Positions 37,273-46,646 of a stretch of 64,000 nt of DNA are shown here, one piece after another. The position numbers and the translations under genes are program-made. Numbering within the stretch: the stretch's first letter is position 1; each line of letters opens with the position of its first letter. The DNA is taken from the sequence record NC_091964.1. One strand, 5' to 3'. The notes under the pieces were generated by a model. It had not been told where the DNA came from and did not search any database. It was given only the letters and a program-made list of their open reading frames with translations.

Positions 37273-38317
37273 CAACGACGCTTTCGTCTACGCCATTAAT
37301 GCCACGGAAGGCACCACCGTTTTTGAGTTCGCGATAACGTTTCTGTAGAAAATTACGTGTCGCACCATTATCTTTTGAACCAGCTTGAAAACTAAGCTGA
37401 GCCAAAGTAGCCACCCAGGGAAACGACGCAAGTACGAGAGCGCCTGCGTTCATGCTACTGATTGAAATGTTAGGGAGTTGCATTACGTCCCAGACAGATC
37501 GGTTATCCATCAGTAACAGTGCTTGCGACAAATCTAAGAGATTACGATCCTTTTTCTGATTGTTCTCTAAGATGTATTCAATATCTTCCTTAACCGCCAT
37601 GTGAACATCTGGCATTGAGAAGTTGTAATTCTTCTTCTGCGGTATAATAGGAAGACCAGTCGCGTAAGAAGTCAGTTGATTGAAGTAAGACATGTTCAAG
37701 TCAGACTTCATCATGTTGACCAGCGGATACTGGAAAACAAACTGACCAATAGGTGGCATGATCTCTAAGTTACGTTCACACCACTTACGCCATTTGTAAT
37801 ATTGCAGCGCTAGCAGTGGAATATCCACGGCGATAACTGCATAACCTTTAACACCTGATGTTTTAGAACCATCTCGTATGTTAAGGGTTAAGTCATTGAA
37901 CGGATGGTACAGAATCTTGACGGGCGCAAAGTCCTTCCAGATACCATCTATAGAAACGAAGTCAGTGTACCCGTTACTGACCGAGACAACGAGTTCTGAT
38001 ATAGAGGAGTCGAAGAAAGAGTTTTTTGCAGATGCACCGACTTTAGCATTGATATCCGTGAACCCAACCGCTCGAGCGATGCGTGATGTTCTGTTATCTA
38101 CTTCAGCGTAAAAGATCTTGTCATTCTTCTCGTAGGATAGTCCAATCTGCTGAAGAATCTTAATCAGGATGTGGTCAGCTTCTACGAAGTATGGCGTGCG
38201 ACGATAGTTGTACGCTGCACGGGTGAGCGCTTCATCAAAACGCTCGGAGATATAACCATGACGAGGCGATGCTAACATTGCTTGGTTACGCCCCGTGGTT
38301 CTGAATAGCGAATACAT
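37232..38317 (-). CDS. Conserved phiKZ-like protein (361 aa)
   Basis: SD GGAGG; convergent with the polymerase (41-nt overlap); usual position between pol and chimallin. Confidence 0.6.
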   Translation of the reverse strand: MYSLFRTTGRNQAMLASPRHGYISERFDEALTRAAYNYRRTPYFVEADHILIKILQQIGLSYEKNDKIFYAEVDNRTSRIARAVGFTDINAKVGASAKNSFFDSSISELVVSVSNGYTDFVSIDGIWKDFAPVKILYHPFNDLTLNIRDGSKTSGVKGYAVIAVDIPLLALQYYKWRKWCERNLEIMPPIGQFVFQYPLVNMMKSDLNMSYFNQLTSYATGLPIIPQKKNYNFSMPDVHMAVKEDIEYILENNQKKDRNLLDLSQALLLMDNRSVWDVMQLPNISISSMNAGALVLASFPWVATLAQLSFQAGSKDNGATRNFLQKRYRELKNGGAFRGINGVDESVVVNLFEKGILPYLL

Positions 38318-38375
38318 AGTAGCCTCCGGGATGGTTTACATAGGATACCGACAAGGTGCTTAAAGTCAATATAGT

Positions 38376-38393
38376 TATATATCATCCTAAGGA
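38376..38393 (+). promoter_or_regulatory. Early-type phage promoter of the HNH gene
   Basis: TATATATCATCCTAAGGA. Confidence 0.6.
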
Positions 38394-38420
38394 TAGAAGT
38401 TTATTCCTCAGGAGTTTCAA

Positions 38421-39062
38421 ATGGGAAGAGTTAGCGCTTTAATATCGGGACAGGTTTGCGGAAGATTAACTATTGTTCGTAAACTAGATGAAAGGATGAA
38501 CAATCGTCCCCTTTGGGAGTGCCGTTGTCAATGCGGTAAAGTAATAAAGGTATTACAACAGAGCTTAGTATCTGGTAACACCAAATCATGCGGTTGTTTT
38601 AGAAAGGAAGCATTAGCAGAAAGAAGAGGGAGTCATCAATTATCTGAACATCCTCTTTACCATGTCTGGTATAACATGAAGAATCGTTGTAATAATCCAA
38701 ACCATGAACATTACCATCGTTATGGCGGGAGAGGTATTACATACGACCCTAGCTTTGAAACTATAGAAGGTTTCTTAGCTGGTATACCGGAAGGTTATCG
38801 TAAAGGACTTGAGTTAGACCGTATCGACAACGATGGTAATTATGAACCCGGTAACTTAAGATGGGCAACCCGTAGGGAGCAAGTACTCAATAGCTCAGCT
38901 ACCACTAAAGTTACCGATCCCTATACTAACGAAACAATGTCGATTACATCAATGGCTAAGAAGTATGGTATTCCTTACTATACTCTTCACCAACATGTTA
39001 CTAATGGACACGATATTTTGGAGGTCCTCGAAACCGTTAAGAAGAAACGCGTTCAAAAATAA
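38421..39062 (+). CDS. Free-standing HNH homing endonuclease
   Basis: GRLT...WECRCQCG...L.SG.TKSCGC, WYNMKNRC...YGGRGI, LDRIDNDGNYEPGNLRWAT..EQ..N; own early promoter; visibly AT-richer than flanks. Confidence 0.9.
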   Translation: MGRVSALISGQVCGRLTIVRKLDERMNNRPLWECRCQCGKVIKVLQQSLVSGNTKSCGCFRKEALAERRGSHQLSEHPLYHVWYNMKNRCNNPNHEHYHRYGGRGITYDPSFETIEGFLAGIPEGYRKGLELDRIDNDGNYEPGNLRWATRREQVLNSSATTKVTDPYTNETMSITSMAKKYGIPYYTLHQHVTNGHDILEVLETVKKKRVQK

Positions 39063-39152
39063 ATATTGTCTTATAGTATGTAGAACAGTGTTTGGGTAAT
39101 CCCCAAGCATAGTGGTTTGGTGTCTGAGGTCAGGTTTTAAAAAAATCTCACC

Positions 39153-39170
39153 TATATATCATTTTGGTGA
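39153..39170 (+). promoter_or_regulatory. Early-type phage promoter of chimallin
   Basis: TATATATCATTTTGGTGA. Confidence 0.7.
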
Positions 39171-39230
39171 AGTTACATAGTTAACTTTCCAAAGCGCTTT
39201 GTATAACTATTATTTCTGAGGAAAAGAAAG

Positions 39231-41210
39231 ATGTCATTTAATGATAAAGAAAAACAAACTCCTGCCCAGGACATGAAAGATTTCAAAAATCAGAAGCGCG
39301 AAGAACGACGCACTGAAAGCCGCAACGATGATCGTGAAGAAGATCGTGGTGGCCGCCGTAACCGTCGTGACGACGCTTCTGACAAAAAGCCGGGTAACGA
39401 TCCGTGGGGAATGATGACGAAGTTCGGCGCGCCGATCTCTTCAATCAACGGTTCCGCACTGGAGAAGTTCAGTACTCCGGCGAAAGACTTCCTGGAATTC
39501 TACGGTGCGACCTTCGCAGACAAGTTCGGTCTGAAGCTGGATATCCTTCTGGCTGGTACTGAGCAGACTCGCGTTCGTATCGAATCCGTCATCTTCTTAG
39601 CGACCCGTGAAAAAGCTGGCGCTAAACCGGAAACCCTGGTCTATACTCTGTTCCTGCCGACCAGCTCCAACATCGGTACTCAGTACACCGAAGGCGAGCG
39701 CGGCCGCAGCGGTCTGGGTTATTCCGCGGTAGCATCCGATGCGTACGATGGTCACTTCAAACGTAACGTTGAAGCGTTCATCAAGAAAGACAGCCGTAAC
39801 AACGCCGGTGATATCATCCATATCGGCGCAGGTACTGTACCTTCCACGTTCGATCTGAGCAAAGAAGAGAAAGTACGCGGCCTGATCCAGTACGCGGTTA
39901 ACGTTCTGTGGTATCAGTTCGCTGATATGTACGACAACATCAACGACTTTGCACTGGTGGATCTGTTCCCGAAACGCAATGGCGATGATGAAGATGACCG
40001 CCGCGGTCGTCGTCGTGATGACGAAGTAATCCTGAACTCCAACGTTGTATTCAAACCGGAAGAGTCTCTGGACGTATTCGAAATGCCGCACGAACACGAT
40101 ATCCAGATCGAAGTTTCTCTGGGCCGCCGTCGCCGCGATAAAGATCGTCCGCGTAACGCGCTGTCTCTGGAAGAAAACCAGACCCTGGCTAAAATCGGTG
40201 CAAACGTTGACCTGGTATACCTGGGTGAAGAAGATAACGGCGGTCGCCGTTCTGGTCGTAACAAGTTCCGCGGTCGTCGTCGCGACGAAGAGTCCGCAGT
40301 TCCGCTGTACGGCCTGGCGCTGAACGTAACTGAAATCACCACCGAAGGCCGCGATGTAATGGCAATGCAGCTGACTGCACTGGCAAACATCCCGCTGCTG
40401 ATCAAAGAGTCTATCCTGACTCAGGCACTGCTGCCGTCCGCTGACGAAGTTCGTCTGCGCGATCCTCGTGCTCTGGCGCTGGAACAACCGGAAAGCTTCC
40501 CGGCTGATCTGATTGCTGAGCATCCGAGCGAAGAAGAGTGGGCTAACCTGATGGAAGCCGTTCTGCACGAAGACAGCACTTACATCTTCCTGCACGCTCC
40601 GCGCACCGGCGTACACAGCCAGCTGCTGACCTACCTGGTCGACGCATGTGACGAAGAGTCTGATACTTCTGACGACTCTTACGAAATCGTTACTCGCGTA
40701 CTGAACGCGCTGACCAACAACGAATATCGCCAGCTGGGCGGCGAAGACATGGAATTCGGTACTCTCGAAATCCGTCAGTCCTTCGCAGGCTACTGGAACG
40801 ATGATCGTTCTGGCGAACGTCGTGACCTGGCTCCGATCGGTTACTTCAACATGCTGACCCGTTTCGGCCAGCAGCATCCTGAATATCTCGATATCTACAC
40901 TCGTTGCTTCGACAACGATTCCGATACCGACGATATCAATGCACGTAACGAAGAGCTGATCTCTGCTTACACCGGTAAAGGCTACACCATCGTTGACCGT
41001 AACGACGTTGTCCGTCTGAACCCGGCGTGGCTGGCAACGATTGCCGATGCACTGCGTGATTCCGGCGTATCTATCGATGCGGAAGGTATCCACACTGAGC
41101 GTGGCCGTCGTCGTCCGATGTCTAACCAGTACGCTACTGGCGACATGAAGTCTGGTCTGTTCCGTCGTGGCCGTGGTCGCGATCGTGGCGGTCGTGGTGG
41201 CCGTTGGTAA
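39231..41210 (+). CDS. chmA: Chimallin, major phage nuclear shell protein
   Basis: 659 aa, strongest codon bias in the window, immediately upstream of nvRNAP beta-prime N (phiKZ gp54/gp55 arrangement); C-terminal VRLNPAWL..I.DAL...G. Confidence 0.85.
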   Translation: MSFNDKEKQTPAQDMKDFKNQKREERRTESRNDDREEDRGGRRNRRDDASDKKPGNDPWGMMTKFGAPISSINGSALEKFSTPAKDFLEFYGATFADKFGLKLDILLAGTEQTRVRIESVIFLATREKAGAKPETLVYTLFLPTSSNIGTQYTEGERGRSGLGYSAVASDAYDGHFKRNVEAFIKKDSRNNAGDIIHIGAGTVPSTFDLSKEEKVRGLIQYAVNVLWYQFADMYDNINDFALVDLFPKRNGDDEDDRRGRRRDDEVILNSNVVFKPEESLDVFEMPHEHDIQIEVSLGRRRRDKDRPRNALSLEENQTLAKIGANVDLVYLGEEDNGGRRSGRNKFRGRRRDEESAVPLYGLALNVTEITTEGRDVMAMQLTALANIPLLIKESILTQALLPSADEVRLRDPRALALEQPESFPADLIAEHPSEEEWANLMEAVLHEDSTYIFLHAPRTGVHSQLLTYLVDACDEESDTSDDSYEIVTRVLNALTNNEYRQLGGEDMEFGTLEIRQSFAGYWNDDRSGERRDLAPIGYFNMLTRFGQQHPEYLDIYTRCFDNDSDTDDINARNEELISAYTGKGYTIVDRNDVVRLNPAWLATIADALRDSGVSIDAEGIHTERGRRRPMSNQYATGDMKSGLFRRGRGRDRGGRGGRW

Positions 41211-41245
41211 TTAGCCAGGGATTGTTAATCCTTGGTTAGATAAGG

Positions 41246-41280
41246 TGAAGGGGACTTAGGTCCCCTTTTCTTTTTTCTTT
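41246..41280 (+). terminator. Intrinsic terminator of chimallin
   Basis: AAGGGGAC-TTAG-GTCCCCTT plus T-tract. Confidence 0.8.
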
Positions 41281-41300
41281 AATTACCTACCGGAGAGAAA

Positions 41301-42725
41301 ATGGGCATTTCCTTAACGATTGATGACTATGATAAAGATTTCCATAGCATCGATACAGACCCAGTGTTATTGAACTCGCTCTACAACTCCGAGCTGAATT
41401 CGATCAACCCGGTGAAAGCCGTAATGGTCACCGAGTACGAAGGCGATTTCATCCAGACCTTACCATCTTGCGTTTGTGGTAAGACAACTGGTCGACCGAA
41501 CTATGGCGTTGTCTGTCCGCATTGCGATACAGAAGTAATGTCAGCGGTTGAGCGTGGATTCGTTACGGATGTATGGATAGAGGCACCTGAAGGCGTGAGC
41601 AGTTTTATCCTGCCTAACTTCTTTGCGATGTTGGATTCTTCTTTTAATAAGAACTCCTTCAACGCATTCCGCTATCTGTGCTATAACCGTTATAAGGTCG
41701 AAGAGAAAGGAGAAGGCGTTCGAGATCGTATCAAAGCCTCGGGGATTCCTCGCGGGTACAATTACTTCATCGATAATTTCGAAGAAGTTTTCACTGAATT
41801 AATGACCATGCCGATCTTTAAAGATAAGCGTGGATATAACGAAAAAGTATTAGCAGTATATCGGAAATACGGTAAAAAATTATTTCCACGATTCCTCCCT
41901 ATGCCATCTAAAAGATCAGTCATTACAGAACTGTCAGGCAAGGGCAGGAAGGTGGCCGGTGGTTATCAGCACTTACTGAACGGTGCATCAGCCATTTACG
42001 AAGCATGTAACCCACGTCTGAACGTATCAGATCGTGAACGTGCAACGTTTAACGCCTTATCGATGTTCAAGGATTACCACGCATTTGTGGACCGTGAGAT
42101 CTTAGGCTCGAAAGAAGGCTGGTATCGTAAGCATGTATTCGGTTCTCGTATGGGACCAACCTTCCGTGCGGTGATTTCCTCACTAGCTGGTATACATGAG
42201 TATGATGAATTGCATCTTCCGTTCGGCGTAGCTGTCGCAACGTATCGTCCGTACATCATGAATAAGCTGTTACGTCAAGGCTATCTGGTGAACGAGGCTG
42301 AGCGTTTCATTATTAATGCAATCACCGCCAAAGGCGATCAGACAGACAGTCCAATGATGGCTATCATCAACGAACTGATCGAGGAGTGCCCTCACAAAGG
42401 TCTTCCTGTACTGTTCGGTCGTCAACCTACGTTGAACCTTCGCTCAATCCAGCTGTTCTACGTAACGAAAGTGAAAAGCGACCCTGCTGATAATACAATC
42501 GGCATTAGCATCCTGGCTATCAAAGCACCTAACGCTGACTTTGATGGTGACCAGATGCAGGGCATGCCTATCCTGTCTTACGTTGACTGGGAACGTGCGA
42601 AGATGTTGGCGGGTCACAGCGGGATCAACTCCCTAGACGCGCCAAGGTCGCTGAACCGTAACCTGGTTATGCCAGATACGGATTTCTCAACACTCAACAA
42701 CTTCATGTATGGGAATAGCAGATGA
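41301..42725 (+). CDS. Non-virion RNA polymerase beta-prime N/middle subunit (phiKZ gp55-like)
   Basis: Zn-binding CVCG...CPHC, SKEGWYRKHVFGSR, GRQPTL, catalytic NADFDGD. Confidence 0.93.
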   Translation: MGISLTIDDYDKDFHSIDTDPVLLNSLYNSELNSINPVKAVMVTEYEGDFIQTLPSCVCGKTTGRPNYGVVCPHCDTEVMSAVERGFVTDVWIEAPEGVSSFILPNFFAMLDSSFNKNSFNAFRYLCYNRYKVEEKGEGVRDRIKASGIPRGYNYFIDNFEEVFTELMTMPIFKDKRGYNEKVLAVYRKYGKKLFPRFLPMPSKRSVITELSGKGRKVAGGYQHLLNGASAIYEACNPRLNVSDRERATFNALSMFKDYHAFVDREILGSKEGWYRKHVFGSRMGPTFRAVISSLAGIHEYDELHLPFGVAVATYRPYIMNKLLRQGYLVNEAERFIINAITAKGDQTDSPMMAIINELIEECPHKGLPVLFGRQPTLNLRSIQLFYVTKVKSDPADNTIGISILAIKAPNADFDGDQMQGMPILSYVDWERAKMLAGHSGINSLDAPRSLNRNLVMPDTDFSTLNNFMYGNSR

Positions 42726-43339
42726 AGGTAAGAATAATCGAAGGGGACGAAGCAATAATGTCTGCCGTTGCTTATGGAAGAAGAAGTCGTGATTCCGTAG
42801 AGCGCAGCGTTAGCCGTCTCCGTAGATTCAGCCGGAACCTGCGGGACGGTGTACTCGATAAGATTGATCGTATCGAGGGTAGTATCAAACGTTATCTCGA
42901 TGAAGATATTAGTCGTGTAGTACGTGATGTTAACAAACGTCGTAAGCGTGGTTATCGCGATGATGTAATCATGTTCCTGGAATCACGGGAAGAGATTGCA
43001 GACTGTCAACCACGTATGCGTCGCTGGGCTTTAGCTAACCGTCGCTTGGGCGCACTGTTCCGACAGCAGCGTCTGGATGGTTGGGGAGCGGCTCCAGAGT
43101 TCTTAGACTTTGAACCTGGTGAACGTGATCCTTACTATGTAGCAACCCGGAACGGCGTAGCAGAGAAGGATGAAGAATCCGGTATCTTCTACTCCGAATA
43201 CAGTTATGGCGATTGCGAAGTTGACGGTGATGTTCTCACTGCCGATGAGCAACTTGACGTAATTGCGACTCACGACATCATCGATGATTTGTTGGATCAA
43301 GGCATCGACCCGACAAGCCCTCTGGGCGAATTATTGTAA
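42722..43339 (+). CDS. Conserved core protein (205 aa)
   Basis: ATGA overlap; core-block position between beta-prime N and SbcD. Confidence 0.6.
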   Translation: MKVRIIEGDEAIMSAVAYGRRSRDSVERSVSRLRRFSRNLRDGVLDKIDRIEGSIKRYLDEDISRVVRDVNKRRKRGYRDDVIMFLESREEIADCQPRMRRWALANRRLGALFRQQRLDGWGAAPEFLDFEPGERDPYYVATRNGVAEKDEESGIFYSEYSYGDCEVDGDVLTADEQLDVIATHDIIDDLLDQGIDPTSPLGELL

Positions 43340-43406
43340 CTGTAATGAGAAAAGGGAGGCGGGGTTAACACCCTGCCTTTCTTTTTTTGTTCCTTTGGGG
43401 GATAAT

Positions 43407-43799
43407 ATGAATACAGTTTACCCAACACCCACGGAATACCAAAGCGATCCTGGTAAGATGGCAGATTGGATCTTCTCCAACTCTTTGCTCTCTAAAGAAT
43501 CCCAGACCGCCGTTTTCTACGGTAGCATTCATTCGCTGGATGCTATTATGAAGAAGAATATCAATAACCCAGACCAATTGGGCCGCGCAGCACAGGAGAT
43601 GTATACCGAGCTTTTCGAGAAGTATTTCGATGAAGCGGAAGTATCTCATCAGCTCGCTCCCGATCCTGAATTTGGTAACGCACTCATCTTAAAGATCAGC
43701 GTTAACTACAAACAGGAAAACGTCTGGCGATCATTATCAGAAACGGTCATCTACTTAAACGGTAAGACCAAGAAACTTTCGGAGGTTATTAATGGCTGA
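43407..43799 (+). CDS. Conserved core protein (130 aa)
   Basis: ATG 43407 with SD GGGGGA; track start 43263 crosses a terminator. Confidence 0.6.
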   Translation: MNTVYPTPTEYQSDPGKMADWIFSNSLLSKESQTAVFYGSIHSLDAIMKKNINNPDQLGRAAQEMYTELFEKYFDEAEVSHQLAPDPEFGNALILKISVNYKQENVWRSLSETVIYLNGKTKKLSEVING

Positions 43800-44466
43800 T
43801 GTACCAAAGGTTGGCGAATCGCCTAACGATGGACTGGGCGAATACGATGAGCGCGCCCTGGATATTATCCTGAACGATTATGCTCAGGAAGAAACGCCTC
43901 GTCTCGGCATCACTCCTTTCCGCAATACCTACCTTCCGGTCCTGGCACGCAAACATCCGCGAGCAGAAGACCAGGCAGCTGTCCGCCGCATGTGGATTGC
44001 TGAGGTAGCGAAATCCAACCGCTATCCGGTTTTCATCGTCGATGATTCTGATAGCACCAAAGTCCTTTATCGTGTACCGCCATTGATCGGTACGGTGCAC
44101 ACCGGGATTACTGGCCACGAAGAGTCCATGAACTCTATGGACCAGATGGAGCAAGAGTACAAAGATCGACTTTCTACTCTCGGCGCTAAGGTACGTGAAC
44201 AGAAATTCAACATGTTCAGTCCTGCCACAACCGTTAACCGCGAGTTCCAACTCGACTGGATTCGTATTCTGTCCGACTTTGGTTACTTGACCGAACTGAA
44301 AGAAGTTCTGGGCGAAGGCCCGTACCCTGAAGACGTTGAAGCTATTATTGGCGACAAGTTGAAAGGGCAGGTGTCTAATAAAGAAGACATGACTTCACCA
44401 GCAGCCGCAGGCGCAGGGACAATCGGTTTGGCAAGTGACGAAGTCTATGAAGAAGAAGACTTCTGA
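43792..44466 (+). CDS. Conserved core protein (224 aa)
   Basis: SD GGAGG; acidic tail; core-block position. Confidence 0.6.
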   Translation: MADVPKVGESPNDGLGEYDERALDIILNDYAQEETPRLGITPFRNTYLPVLARKHPRAEDQAAVRRMWIAEVAKSNRYPVFIVDDSDSTKVLYRVPPLIGTVHTGITGHEESMNSMDQMEQEYKDRLSTLGAKVREQKFNMFSPATTVNREFQLDWIRILSDFGYLTELKEVLGEGPYPEDVEAIIGDKLKGQVSNKEDMTSPAAAGAGTIGLASDEVYEEEDF

Positions 44467-45631
44467 TCTAGCTGATTCGATCAGAGATGCGTTAGGTGTA
44501 GCTCCAGAACAGGAAAAGGTCATCCGGATATTATTCGGAACCGATTTCCACTTCGGCAGTACTCGTACCCCGTCGCTATCGACATTGAGAAGTATCAAAC
44601 ATGCGTGGCCCGATTCACCTGAAATGGCTAAACATGACTTGTTCATTATCGGTGGCGACTGGATGGACCGGCTTATCAATCTGTCTCAACAGTCAGCTTA
44701 TGAAGCCCAGGAAGCAGCAATACACATCCTGACGGTCTGTAAGAAGTACGATATAAAGTTACGTATAGTAGAGGGGACGTGTAGTCATGACCGACGCCAG
44801 TCGATTATGTTTACTGAGCTCAACACGCGACTAGAGATCGGATGTGACCTTAAGTACTTCCAGGATCTCGCGATAGAGTTCATTGACGACCTTAACCTCA
44901 CTGTACTTTACCTGCCGGACGAATGGCACCACGACTCTGATGAGACGTTACGCCAAGCTCAGGAGCTTATTAAAGCTAATGGATTACAAAAGGTAGACAT
45001 CGCTGTTGTACACGGCGGTTTCAAATACCAATTCCCATTAGAGCTTCCGTCTCTCCATGACGAAGTAGCTTGGTCCGAGTTAGTTAATTACGCAATCTTG
45101 TCGGGTCATATCCACGCCCATAGTCGTTGCCTTAAAGTTATTTGCGGCGGTTCATTCAACCGTAACAACCACGACGAAGATGGGCCTAAGGGACATATCC
45201 GCTTAGAGATTGCCAAAGGACGCGTACGGAAAGTTGATTTCGTCGACAACCCGTATGCAAAAATTTACAAGACCATCAATATCTTTGACTTAGACATTCA
45301 AGACGTTCTCGAACAAATTGCTCAGTTAGGTTCATTGCCAGACGGTAGTGCTATCCGACTTGAGTATCGTGATCCTGATCCAATCAAAGCGATTCGTGAA
45401 ACTGTTGAGGCGGTTTATCCGCGTTATATCTTCAGTGACGTGAAACGCGTAGAGAAAAAAGAAAAGGAATTACGCAAGTTGTTCTCCGGGACTATTTTTC
45501 AGCCCGTAGAGATTACCCGTAACTCGGTAGTCAAACTTGTTGTTGAACGCCTGGCGAAGAAAGGCAACGGTGATGATGTTCTCGCCTTAGCCACCAAAGC
45601 TATTAATGAAACTATAGAAGAAGGTATATGA
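44447..45631 (+). CDS. sbcD: SbcD/Mre11-like metallophosphoesterase nuclease
   Basis: DFH, GGD, GTCSHD, VHG, SGHIH motifs. Confidence 0.85.
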   Translation: MKKKTSDLADSIRDALGVAPEQEKVIRILFGTDFHFGSTRTPSLSTLRSIKHAWPDSPEMAKHDLFIIGGDWMDRLINLSQQSAYEAQEAAIHILTVCKKYDIKLRIVEGTCSHDRRQSIMFTELNTRLEIGCDLKYFQDLAIEFIDDLNLTVLYLPDEWHHDSDETLRQAQELIKANGLQKVDIAVVHGGFKYQFPLELPSLHDEVAWSELVNYAILSGHIHAHSRCLKVICGGSFNRNNHDEDGPKGHIRLEIAKGRVRKVDFVDNPYAKIYKTINIFDLDIQDVLEQIAQLGSLPDGSAIRLEYRDPDPIKAIRETVEAVYPRYIFSDVKRVEKKEKELRKLFSGTIFQPVEITRNSVVKLVVERLAKKGNGDDVLALATKAINETIEEGI

Positions 45632-45798
45632 TGGAAACTGTTAACTTGGCATTTAAAGTTGCCGGAGCGTTTTGTTTAGCATCGTCTGTTGGCCTGTACT
45701 TGTTACTGTACTTCGCGATGTCCTCTACCGCTCGTAACGGCATCGGGAGCCTCAATGGTAAACTTCGATCAAATCCTCGCCGAAAGGAAAAAGGATAA
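45628..45798 (+). CDS. Small single-pass membrane protein (56 aa)
   Basis: Translated by hand: MMETVNLAFKVAGAFCLASSVGLYLLLYFAMSSTARNGIGSLNGKLRSNPRRKEKG; ATGA overlap with the nuclease stop, SD AAGG. Confidence 0.45.
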   Translation: MMETVNLAFKVAGAFCLASSVGLYLLLYFAMSSTARNGIGSLNGKLRSNPRRKEKG

Positions 45799-46585
45799 TC
45801 TCCCTATTTCAGTTGGCACATCCCTCGCCATTGAAGCGCTGAAAGAGAATCAGCGCTATGAATCTATCTGGATCAATGTCCGCACGCTTTACCGTAACAT
45901 TCTTCATTCTGTTGAAGATACGGATAAGCGTGCCTTGTTTACTGCCCGCGGAAACCGTGAGGAAGCTGCGGTAGCAATCGGCAAGGCTATCTCGCAAGAG
46001 AAAGAGATTATCCAGAACTATCTCAACGGAAGGGTTGATGGCGTTCGACTTTATCTCCTCGGTTATAAAGACCTGGAGAAGAAGTTCCCCAACGCCAAAC
46101 TCAAAATCCCTACAACCGATAACCAAAAAGGATATTGGGGATTGATGGACTCCGTAATCGATGAAGTTCTCGGTGTCGATTACGACCAGGAAATCCGTTG
46201 GGATAAGGGCTCGGAACTGGAAGGTGAACCAACTAAATCGGTGATCATTACCAATCATCCGGTTGACTTGTTGAGCCGTACTAAGTTCCGTGATTTGCGT
46301 CTGCTGGAATCCCATACTGGCGCAGTAAAACCAAAAAGTCAATGGTACACCAAACTCTCTGACGGTAAAGAGCTGAAGAACATTCCGTTCAACCGCTTCA
46401 CTATCCAGGTGTTTGGAGATGGACCATTCCAGTTCGAGCGTTGGAACCTTAAGTTCCGCAGTGCAATTCTCCTATTGGCCCACGATAACCGCTGGGGACC
46501 TGTAACTACACTGGATCGTATTCGCTTCTGTCTTGACAGAATGCGCGATCGTTTCTCCGGTGAAATGCTCAAGAAACTGTTGTAA
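45755..46585 (+). CDS. Conserved core protein (phiKZ gp66 position, 276 aa)
   Basis: ATG 45755 with SD GGGAG; synteny. Confidence 0.6.
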   Translation: MVNFDQILAERKKDNLPISVGTSLAIEALKENQRYESIWINVRTLYRNILHSVEDTDKRALFTARGNREEAAVAIGKAISQEKEIIQNYLNGRVDGVRLYLLGYKDLEKKFPNAKLKIPTTDNQKGYWGLMDSVIDEVLGVDYDQEIRWDKGSELEGEPTKSVIITNHPVDLLSRTKFRDLRLLESHTGAVKPKSQWYTKLSDGKELKNIPFNRFTIQVFGDGPFQFERWNLKFRSAILLLAHDNRWGPVTTLDRIRFCLDRMRDRFSGEMLKKLL

Positions 46586-46646
46586 TCCTTTTTTACACCA
46601 GTTTCACTTCATTTGTAAAGAACCCATTAATCAGAGGCTGAACAGA

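Noticed and set aside
39597-41093. 498-aa ORF antisense to chimallin
   Set aside because: Same shadow effect; chimallin has the strongest codon bias here. Also applies to 28659-29552, 50737-51477 and 61822-62697.
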